From the NCBI GenBank assembly GCA_045047115.1, contig JASFYR010000027.1, positions 1 to 29,514 on the forward strand: DNA of 29,514 nt. Direction: 5' to 3'. Position numbers and translations under genes: made by a program. Origin of the DNA: Sulfurospirillum sp. GTDB lineage: Bacteria > Campylobacterota > Campylobacteria > Campylobacterales > Sulfurospirillaceae. The notes below the pieces were generated by a model. That model worked only from the letters and a program-made list of their open reading frames with translations. It was not told where the DNA came from and did not search any database. Positions 1 to 7,751 of this stretch are shown one piece after another (position 1 is the first letter of the stretch; each line of letters opens with the position of its first letter).

Positions 1-1
1 T

Positions 2-184
2 TTTACAGAAGCAAGAATCTGGAAAGGAAATTTTTCACAGGCAAAAATTGACAACTGTAATTTCAATGATTCAGCATTGGGCTCAGCAATATTTGAAGAC
101 AATAATTTAACAAATTCAACGTTTAAGGGTGCTATATTATATAAAACGATTTTTAAAAGATGTGTTATCGGTACTCCACAATAA
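2..184 (+). CDS. Pentapeptide-repeat protein, 3' part (5' end outside window); cassette gene
   Basis: My translation of frame 2: FTEARIWKGNFSQAKIDNCNFNDSALGSAIFEDNNLTNSTFKGAILYKTIFKRCVIGTPQ*. Hydrophobic F/L/I every 5 residues; the stop lies just before attC1. Confidence 0.8.
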   Translation, partial: FTEARIWKGNFSQAKIDNCNFNDSALGSAIFEDNNLTNSTFKGAILYKTIFKRCVIGTPQ

Positions 185-185
185 A

Positions 186-253
186 ATATAACAAATTGTA
201 GGAGCGAATAAATGCCCTAGCGGTCATTTATTCGCTCTACTCAACCGTTAAGT
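186..253 (+). repeat. attC site 1 (68 bp)
   Basis: ATATAAC, 5-nt spacer, GTAG(G)AGCGAATAAATG..CCTAGCGG..CATTTATTCGCTCTAC, 6-nt spacer, GTTAAGT. Confidence 0.88.
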
Positions 254-282
254 ACCAACAAAAACTGAATTGAGGATTTAAA

Positions 283-1134
283 ATGGATTTTATTGCTATT
301 GATGTAGAAACAGCCAATGCTGATTTATCTAGTATATGTCAAATAGGGTTAGCCTTCTTTAAAGATGGAAAAATAATCGACACTTGGGAAACTTTAATTA
401 ATCCAGAAGAAGAGTTTGATCCCATCAATATATCTATTCACGGAATTGATTATTCAAATGTAAAAGATGCTCCAACATTTAATGATATTATTGAAGAGTT
501 TATAGTATTAGTAGACAATAATACACTTGTGTCACATATGTCTTTTGATAGAGTAGCAATATACAGAGCATTTGAAAAGATTAGCCATGAACATTTAAAC
601 TCTTCATGGATAGACAGTGCAATGGTTGTTAGAAGAACATGGAATGACTTATCCAAAAAAGGTTATGGTCTTGCGAATGTTGCAAAAAAACTAGATATAA
701 AATTTGAACATCACAATGCACTTGAAGATGCTAAAACTTGTGGAATAATTTTAGTAAAAGCTCTTACCGAGTTATCAATGGATTTAACTGAAGTTCAGAC
801 TAGAGTTAAACAATCAATTGATGGTCAAAATAATAGAATAAATTTAGAAGGAAATCCTGACGGTAACTTAAATGGTGAAGTTTTAGTTTTCACGGGGGCA
901 CTAATGATTCCAAGGAGAGAAGCAGCAAAGATGGCAGCAGATGCTGGCTGTGATGTTTCAGCAAGTGTTAAAAAGTCTGTAACTATCTTAGTTATTGGAG
1001 ATCAAGACACAACGAAGCTAGCAGGACATAAAAAGAGTTCTAAACACAGAAAAGCAGAAGAATTAATTCAAAAAGGTCAAAACATTAAAATTATCGGTGA
1101 AAGTGATTTTAAAGCAATGGTTGGAATAAACTAG
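283..1134 (+). CDS. DEDDh 3'-5' exonuclease (DnaQ/epsilon-like) with C-terminal BRCT domain
   Basis: ExoI motif AIDVET, ExoIII HHNALEDA, BRCT-like LVFTGAL..RREAAKMAADAGC..VKKSVTILVIG. SD GAGG upstream. Confidence 0.9.
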   Translation: MDFIAIDVETANADLSSICQIGLAFFKDGKIIDTWETLINPEEEFDPINISIHGIDYSNVKDAPTFNDIIEEFIVLVDNNTLVSHMSFDRVAIYRAFEKISHEHLNSSWIDSAMVVRRTWNDLSKKGYGLANVAKKLDIKFEHHNALEDAKTCGIILVKALTELSMDLTEVQTRVKQSIDGQNNRINLEGNPDGNLNGEVLVFTGALMIPRREAAKMAADAGCDVSASVKKSVTILVIGDQDTTKLAGHKKSSKHRKAEELIQKGQNIKIIGESDFKAMVGIN

Positions 1135-1136
1135 TT

Positions 1137-1204
1137 ACTTAACAAAACAGAGTAGCCAATAAATTACCTAGCGGCAATTTATTGGCTATCTTCGACCGTT
1201 GTTC
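1137..1204 (+). repeat. attC site 2 (68 bp)
   Basis: ACTTAAC is the reverse complement of GTTAAGT at 247. Stem TAGCCAATAAATT/AATTTATTGGCTA; GTT at 1198. Confidence 0.9.
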
Positions 1205-1227
1205 GTGCCCGCTACGCGGGCGCGACC
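1198..1227 (+). repeat. 30-bp GC-rich hairpin unit, copy A, at attC2 crossover
   Basis: GTTGTTCGTGCCCGCTACGCGGGCGCGACC followed by a second core GTTAGAT; 28/30 identical to 4788-4817. Confidence 0.85.
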
Positions 1228-1255
1228 GTTAGATAGCCAAAGGAATATTACAAAA

Positions 1256-1996
1256 ATGACAACAATTTTTATTTTAATGATATTAATATTAGTATTTGTT
1301 AAATCTTCATTTGGGAAGGGTTTGATTGGTGAATTTTTAGTAAATTTGGCAATAACTCTCAGGCTAGATAAAAATGAATACCATCTTTTTAAAAATGTGA
1401 CAATTTCAACTAACGATGGTACAACTCAAATCGACCATATTATAGTTTCAATATATGGAATATTTGTGATTGAAACTAAAAACATGAAAGGTTGGATTTT
1501 TGGAGATAAAAATCAAAAGACATGGACTCAGAAAATATACAAACATACCAATAAATTTCAAAATCCACTGCATCAAAATTATAAACATGTTAAAACACTT
1601 GAATCACTATTGAATATTAATCAAAATAAAATATTTTCAATTATTACTTTTGTCGGAGACAGTACTTTTAAAACAGAAATGCCTGAAAATGTAACATATA
1701 CAGGAGGATTTATTAATTTTATTAACTCTAAAAAAATAAAATTGTTATCAGAACAAGAAGTTTTTGAAATTAATTCACTCATCTCTGAAAAACGATTAGC
1801 ACAAACATTTAAAACACATATTAATCACATGCAACATGTTAAAGATATTGTCAAAGAAAAAGAAAACAAAAAATTATGTCCAAAATGTGGAAATTTTTTA
1901 GTAAAAAGAATTTCAAAACGAGGTCAAACAAAAGGTAGTGAATTTTACGGGTGCAGTAGTTATCCAAAATGTAGATATACTACACAAAGTATCTAA
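1256..1996 (+). CDS. NERD nuclease-domain protein with N-terminal TM helix and C-terminal topoisomerase-type C4 zinc ribbon
   Basis: TTQIDHIIVSIYGIFVIETKN (NERD) and CPKCG..FYGCSSYPKCRY. Start reassigned to ATG 1256 (AAGGA upstream) because the track start lies inside the att region. Confidence 0.9.
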   Translation: MTTIFILMILILVFVKSSFGKGLIGEFLVNLAITLRLDKNEYHLFKNVTISTNDGTTQIDHIIVSIYGIFVIETKNMKGWIFGDKNQKTWTQKIYKHTNKFQNPLHQNYKHVKTLESLLNINQNKIFSIITFVGDSTFKTEMPENVTYTGGFINFINSKKIKLLSEQEVFEINSLISEKRLAQTFKTHINHMQHVKDIVKEKENKKLCPKCGNFLVKRISKRGQTKGSEFYGCSSYPKCRYTTQSI

Positions 1997-2058
1997 CAAA
2001 ACAGAGTATCCAATAAATTACCTAGCGGCAATTTATTGGCTATCTTCAGTCGTTGTAT
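1991..2058 (+). repeat. attC site 3 (68 bp)
   Basis: ATCTAAC contains the NERD stop codon and is the reverse complement of GTTAGAT at 1228. Ends GTTGTAT; 56/60 identical to attC2 between AAC and GTT. Confidence 0.9.
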
Positions 2059-2132
2059 CTAAAGTCATAACTTCTAAAGTGATTTTAAATATGGCTAATT
2101 TATTAGTCTAAAAATCACATATGGAGGTCTAC

Positions 2133-2507
2133 ATGACAAATGAAGACAAAATTAACAGCCTTGATGTAAGTGATAGCTGGAAAGCTAAACTTATGACAAT
2201 TGACAAGGCAAAGCCTATAAGTTTTGGTTTTATACCAAAATTCGAGAATCCAAAAGAGTTAAATTTTAGTGCAAAATTTAATTTTTTAGCATTTTTCTTT
2301 AGTGTAATTTATTATGCAATCAAAGGGATGTGGAAAAAAGCACTGGCAATTTTAGGGTTAAATATTGTCCTTGTGGTAATAGTAAGCATGATAAATCCAA
2401 ATTTTGCTCAATTTGTTAGCTATGGTATAGCAGGATTAGCAGCAAGCATGGCAAATAACGATTTTTATCGTTTTAAAGTTTTAGATGAAGGGAATTTTTG
2501 GTGGTAG
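2133..2507 (+). CDS. DUF2628-like small membrane protein
   Basis: FNFLAFFFSVIYYAIKGMWKKAL..ANNDFYR pattern with hydrophobic helices; GGAGG before ATG 2133. Confidence 0.75.
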   Translation: MTNEDKINSLDVSDSWKAKLMTIDKAKPISFGFIPKFENPKELNFSAKFNFLAFFFSVIYYAIKGMWKKALAILGLNIVLVVIVSMINPNFAQFVSYGIAGLAASMANNDFYRFKVLDEGNFWW

Positions 2508-2509
2508 AG

Positions 2510-2719
2510 ATGAATAAAATATTTGAAAGTGATGATTTATCGAAAATTGTTAAAGATAGGAGTTTTGTAAATTGTAACCAAAAGTGGGAATTAGAAGATT
2601 TACAAAAACAAGGCTATTCTCTGGATGCGATTAAGCATTGTTGCAAAAAAGACTTAGGAAACAATCCAAGAGATAAATTTGAGGATTGTTTAAAAAACTT
2701 TGAGAAGGGTCAAAAATGA
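2510..2719 (+). CDS. Small hypothetical protein
   Basis: Tightly packed between neighbours (ATGA overlap with the next gene); no recognisable motif. Confidence 0.55.
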   Translation: MNKIFESDDLSKIVKDRSFVNCNQKWELEDLQKQGYSLDAIKHCCKKDLGNNPRDKFEDCLKNFEKGQK

Positions 2720-3258
2720 GAAAACTAAAAATACTTTTAATTGGACTGTTTGTATCACTTTTTGTAGCAGGTTGCGGCAATAATACTGATTTAGTAAAAG
2801 ACGGTATTATGAATTTTAATAAAACAATCACTGTTGGTGAAGCATTTGATAACTGGAAAGATTGTAAAAATAGAGAATGGGAATCATTTGAAACTGATAA
2901 TGGTACACCAGTTGTTCAGTTTACATGTGAAAAGAAAAATGCTAAAGAGTATTTACAAAAAGTAAAAAGTTTTTTATCTAAAAAAGAGCAAAAAAAGGCT
3001 TCCTATTTGGATATAAAATCTAACAAACAGATATTTCAATGGACTATCAATAAAGATGATACTTTTCAAATTGACAATGTTCAAGTTGAAACAGTATGGG
3101 CAGATGGCAAGAAATTTTCGGATTCACAAAAACCCATGAAGCAGTTGGAAGCCGTTTATGATAATGAAATTACTTTTAATCTACGTGAAATTAATAAAAT
3201 GACAGCTACTCAATTAGCAAACACATTCTATTGGATAAAAGAAAGAGGGGCAAAATAA
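2716..3258 (+). CDS. Hypothetical lipoprotein
   Basis: Signal peptide with lipobox-like FVAGC. Confidence 0.75.
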   Translation: MRKLKILLIGLFVSLFVAGCGNNTDLVKDGIMNFNKTITVGEAFDNWKDCKNREWESFETDNGTPVVQFTCEKKNAKEYLQKVKSFLSKKEQKKASYLDIKSNKQIFQWTINKDDTFQIDNVQVETVWADGKKFSDSQKPMKQLEAVYDNEITFNLREINKMTATQLANTFYWIKERGAK

Positions 3259-3264
3259 AATTAT

Positions 3265-3305
3265 TAGCAAAACTCAATCCATTTTTATTTGAGTTTTGCT
3301 ATAAT
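3265..3305 (+). promoter_or_regulatory. Extended -10 promoter overlapped by a 13-bp inverted repeat (TA operator or upstream terminator)
   Basis: TAGCAAAACTCAA (3265-3277) / TTGAGTTTTGCTA (3289-3301); TG-c-TATAAT at 3297-3305. Confidence 0.6.
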
Positions 3306-3325
3306 AAATGAGTAGGGAGTTTATT

Positions 3326-3583
3326 ATGCAAACATTAACAGTAAATATTCAAGATGGTTTTATTCAGGATTTTTTATCAATTGTTGAACATTACAAAGGT
3401 AAAATACAAATACAAAAAGATAAAAACTTAGAATATGACCCATATTTCTATGAAAGAAAAAAACAGCTTCAACAAGATATTGATGATATTGATAGTGGCA
3501 AAGTTGAGATGCTATCACAAGAACAATACGATAAAGAAATGAATAGCTTTTTTATAGAGTTAAAATCAAAATATGCAAATTAA
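3326..3583 (+). CDS. Putative antitoxin of the RelE/ParE-type pair
   Basis: Small acidic ORF overlapping the downstream toxin; GGGAG before ATG 3326. Confidence 0.7.
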   Translation: MQTLTVNIQDGFIQDFLSIVEHYKGKIQIQKDKNLEYDPYFYERKKQLQQDIDDIDSGKVEMLSQEQYDKEMNSFFIELKSKYAN

Positions 3584-3863
3584 TCGTTCTCCACGATACA
3601 AAAATAATCTTTTTCAAATTTTAGATTATATTGCACAAGATAAGCTTAGTGCAAGTGAAAATTTTCTAAATGAACTTGATAAGCTAATTAATAATCTTCC
3701 AAATTTTCCATTTAAATTTAGAAAATCAAGATATTTTGATAATGAGAATATCAGAGATATGATTTATAAGGGCTATACTGTGATTTACCGAGTAGATGAA
3801 ACAAAAAATACTATTGATATTATTCGTATTTTTCATAAGAATAAGCCACCATTAAAAAAGTAA
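3573..3863 (+). CDS. RelE/ParE-family type II toxin
   Basis: ILDYIAQDK..ASENF..LPNFP..IRDMIYKGYTVIYRV..IDIIRIFH pattern; 96 aa, basic. Confidence 0.88.
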   Translation: MQINRSPRYKNNLFQILDYIAQDKLSASENFLNELDKLINNLPNFPFKFRKSRYFDNENIRDMIYKGYTVIYRVDETKNTIDIIRIFHKNKPPLKK

Positions 3864-3866
3864 AAG

Positions 3867-3934
3867 ATACAGCAAAACAGAGTATCCGATAAATTACCTA
3901 GCGGCAATTTATCGGCTATCTTCAACCGTTAGCA
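3867..3934 (+). repeat. attC site 4 (68 bp; inverse core AAC changed to AGC)
   Basis: AGATACAGC versus AGATACAAC expected from GTTGTATCT at 2052. Compensatory stem change at G3888/C3913; ends GTTAGCA. Confidence 0.88.
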
Positions 3935-3950
3935 TACATTCAAATATTAA

Positions 3951-3979
3951 AGTTCTATTAATGGGAACTATAGTATAAT
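3951..3979 (+). promoter_or_regulatory. higBA promoter/operator
   Basis: Imperfect palindrome AGTTC-tattaatgg-GAACT (3951-3969), then TATAAT at 3974-3979. Confidence 0.6.
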
Positions 3980-3985
3980 ACCTTT

Positions 3986-4285
3986 ATGAGAGTAATATCC
4001 AAAAAGACGCTGAAAGATTTTTATGAACAACCGAAGTACTCTGATAGCAAAAGTGCTTTAGAATCTTGGCATAAAGAAGTCATAAAACTTGATTGGAATA
4101 CACCAAATGAGATTAAAGAAATGTATCGAAATGCCAGTGTTATTGGAGATACAAAAGTTGTCTTTAATATAGCAGGGAATAAATACAGATTAATAGTTGC
4201 CATAAACTATTATGCAAAAATTGTATTTATTAAGTTTATTGGAACACATAAACAATATGACAAAATAAATGCAGAGGAGTTATAA
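3986..4285 (+). CDS. higB: HigB-family toxin
   Basis: MRVISKKTL..W..PNEIK..VVFNIAGNKYRLIV..FIGTHKQYDKI; toxin-first gene order. Confidence 0.93.
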   Translation: MRVISKKTLKDFYEQPKYSDSKSALESWHKEVIKLDWNTPNEIKEMYRNASVIGDTKVVFNIAGNKYRLIVAINYYAKIVFIKFIGTHKQYDKINAEEL

Positions 4286-4286
4286 G

Positions 4287-4658
4287 ATGAATATTAAACC
4301 CATTAAAACAGAACAAGACTACAGCAGTACATTAAGCCAAATAGAAAGTCTAATGAATGCTAACCCAAATACAAATGAAATGGATGAGTTGGAGGTCTTA
4401 ACAACGTTAGCTGAAGCCTATGAGGAACAACATTACAAAATAGAAGCTCCAGACCCTATAGAAGCGATAAAGTTTAGAATGGAACAAGAAGGCTTAAAAC
4501 AAAAAGATTTAGTTGCGATTGTTGGAAGTAAATCTAGAGTATCGGAAATCTTAAATAAGAAAAGGAAACTCACTATTGAAATGATTCGCAATTTACATAC
4601 TCAACTACATATTCCAATAGAAAGTCTTTTTTTAGATTACAAAACTAACTGTGCTTAA
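4287..4658 (+). CDS. higA: HigA antitoxin (HTH)
   Basis: IKPIKTEQDY..PDPIEAIKFRMEQ..SKSRVSEILNKKRKLTIEMIR. Confidence 0.93.
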   Translation: MNIKPIKTEQDYSSTLSQIESLMNANPNTNEMDELEVLTTLAEAYEEQHYKIEAPDPIEAIKFRMEQEGLKQKDLVAIVGSKSRVSEILNKKRKLTIEMIRNLHTQLHIPIESLFLDYKTNCA

Positions 4659-4659
4659 A

Positions 4660-4794
4660 TGCTAACAAAACATAGCAAGAAAATATGTTACCCAAGCCGC
4701 GTTTAACTTTGAAAACTTCAAAGATTTAGCTACCATTGTAGAACTTAAAAGAGTACAAAAAAGGGTAACATATTTTTGTACTCAACCGTTGTTC
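4660..4794 (+). repeat. attC site 5 (135 bp, different type)
   Basis: TGCTAAC is the reverse complement of GTTAGCA at 3928. Stem AAAATATGTTACCC/GGGTAACATATTTT around a long variable region; 5/6-nt spacers; GTT at 4788. Confidence 0.85.
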
Positions 4795-4817
4795 GTCCCC
4801 GCTACGCGGGCACGACC
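4788..4817 (+). repeat. 30-bp GC-rich hairpin unit, copy B, at attC5 crossover
   Basis: GTTGTTCGTCCCCGCTACGCGGGCACGACC followed by a second core GTTATGT. Confidence 0.85.
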
Positions 4818-4991
4818 GTTATGTGTCACAAGAAGCACCTTGCTTAGAGTTAAGTTGTTTTGCAAACAAACAGAGTTTTGAAAAGATTTGTTTACAAACA
4901 TATTTTGTGCCACCATATAAACTAAAAAGATATCTTAATACTCCAAAAAATTTTACCCTTATATAAATTTGCAAGACAAAATGGTATAAGA

Positions 4992-5237
4992 ATGCGCGCA
5001 AACAAGAATGAATACCGTACCTATAAACACTTAAGATTTATAGACAAAGCAAAAGGCAAATTGCCAAACAAGAGTATAAAAGAAAGTTTTGCAGCACTTG
5101 TATTTGCAATGGAGCGTTTTCCGAGAAAAGCTACAATGGATATTGAGACAATGGATTATTCAAATAAAAAACCAGGCAATGGTCCGCTAGCAAAAGGAGA
5201 AATTCTCTTAAATCCAAAAATAAAAACTAATGCATAG
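4992..5237 (+). CDS. Hypothetical protein, possibly the 5' part of a decayed gene
   Basis: 81-aa ORF with no SD and no motif; the same frame continues with several stops to about 5420. Confidence 0.35.
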   Translation: MRANKNEYRTYKHLRFIDKAKGKLPNKSIKESFAALVFAMERFPRKATMDIETMDYSNKKPGNGPLAKGEILLNPKIKTNA

Positions 5238-5416
5238 GTGATATAGGCAAGACTAAAATTTCCAGGGTATTACAGAGGTAAAATAGATGAATATTTTGGT
5301 AAAATTCAAAAAAAGCATTAGGCTACTTTATAAAAGACCTCCTTGGAGCACGCTGCAACAAGTGGTCTGCAAAAGTTCAAAGAAAGTTATTTTGAAATAG
5401 TGGGTTCTAGTCGTAG

Positions 5417-5448
5417 CTACATGCCAATTTTTAAAGATTGGCATGTAG
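5417..5448 (-). terminator. Hairpin downstream of nifU
   Basis: CTACATGCCAAT / ATTGGCATGTAG, a perfect 12-bp stem 10 nt after the stop codon; no clear U tract. Confidence 0.65.
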
Positions 5449-5458
5449 TTGATTATAA

Positions 5459-6448
5459 TTAGATGGGTAAAACTCTTATTTTATCACTCAAGTGCTCTCT
5501 TAGCACCGCCTCTATAGCATACAGTGTCCCTGTGCTGCTACTGGCGCATCCACTACAAGCTCCGAGGTATCTGATATATATATCTGTATATCCATCATCT
5601 GTATCTCTGATATCTATAATTTCAAGATTTCCACCATCTATCATGAGCATTTCTCGGATATTTTCATCGATGACTTTTTCTACTTTTTTGAGTTTTTGAA
5701 CCATTGTCATATCTTCAAAAGCAAATTCACTGCTTTCATCTGTCTTGGCATCAGCGAGCTCACCTAGTTTTTTCTTTTCCATCTCTTCTCTTGTTTCTTT
5801 TAAAATATCAACAAGATAATATTCTCTCTCCTCGTGACCACCTGGTTTTATACAAGATTTGCAAAATGCACCGGCTTTTGTATAATCAGTAATCTGCTCT
5901 ACGGTTTTTAAGTCATTTAAGATTATCACCTCTTTTATCGTGCCAAGACTCACTCTTGCGCATTCACATACTATGATTTGATCCTCAAAACTAGCAGCAT
6001 CCACACCTTTGTATGAAGCAGCAGCCTCTTTTATGACATCATATGCCATAACTGAGCAGTGCATTTTTTGTGGTGGAACAGCAGGAGTGTCCGGATTGTC
6101 ACGCATAGCTTTCTCAACATCTATATTCGTAATCTTTATGGCTTCATCAACTGTTTTACCTTTGCACAACTCAGCCATAGTATCACTACTGGCTATCGCT
6201 GTTCCACATCCAAAACTCTTAAATTTCGCCTCTTTGATTATATCAGTTTCTGGATCAACTGCCCAATACAATCTTACTGCGTCTCCGCAGCTCTCAGCTC
6301 CAAAATCAGCTACTACAAGTTTAGCTCTCATCTCTTTGGCTTGTTCTTCTGTTATCTCTCCCATGTTTTTAGGGTTATTCATCAAATCTTGTACTTTTTG
6401 GCTGTACTCTTCCCAAATTGATCCGCCTATTAAGCTATTTTTTCCCAT
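5459..6448 (-). CDS. nifU: NifU-type Fe-S cluster scaffold
   Basis: SCGDAVRLY, FKSFGCGTAIASS, KMHCS, central CEC..CKSC, C-terminal Nfu GACSGC. Confidence 0.96.
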   Translation of the reverse strand: MGKNSLIGGSIWEEYSQKVQDLMNNPKNMGEITEEQAKEMRAKLVVADFGAESCGDAVRLYWAVDPETDIIKEAKFKSFGCGTAIASSDTMAELCKGKTVDEAIKITNIDVEKAMRDNPDTPAVPPQKMHCSVMAYDVIKEAAASYKGVDAASFEDQIIVCECARVSLGTIKEVIILNDLKTVEQITDYTKAGAFCKSCIKPGGHEEREYYLVDILKETREEMEKKKLGELADAKTDESSEFAFEDMTMVQKLKKVEKVIDENIREMLMIDGGNLEIIDIRDTDDGYTDIYIRYLGACSGCASSSTGTLYAIEAVLREHLSDKIRVLPI

Positions 6449-6458
6449 AATTTATCCT

Positions 6459-7688
<1,230 letters not shown>

Positions 7689-7751
7689 TTATTTCTATTT
7701 GCGCATATTAATATTTTAAACATTAAAATTTGATTAAACAAAGGATTTAAA

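Larger units (their letters stand above)
186..4824 (+). mobile_element. Integron gene-cassette array (distal end; intI/attI not in window)
   Basis: Five attC-type imperfect hairpins separate co-oriented genes. Each cassette's leading GTT core is the reverse complement of its own trailing inverse core (one mismatch in attC4). Confidence 0.9.

Noticed and set aside
1199..1255. N-terminal extension of the NERD ORF (MFVPATRARP..)
   Set aside because: It is translated att/hairpin DNA; the cassette starts at 1229 and ATG 1256 has an SD.
3018..3040. ATCTAACAAACAGA resembling the start of an attC inside the lipoprotein gene
   Set aside because: No complementary arm or properly spaced GTT; lies within an intact ORF.
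1137..3934. Near-identical 60-bp repeats as a CRISPR array or simple terminators
   Set aside because: The intervals are gene-sized (0.8-1.9 kb), there are no cas genes and no U tracts; AAC/GTT cores and 5/6-nt spacers fit attC.
4827..4839. 13-mer CACAAGAAGCACC also present inverted near 25206-25218
   Set aside because: Matches of this length are expected by chance in 29 kb and there is no flanking similarity.
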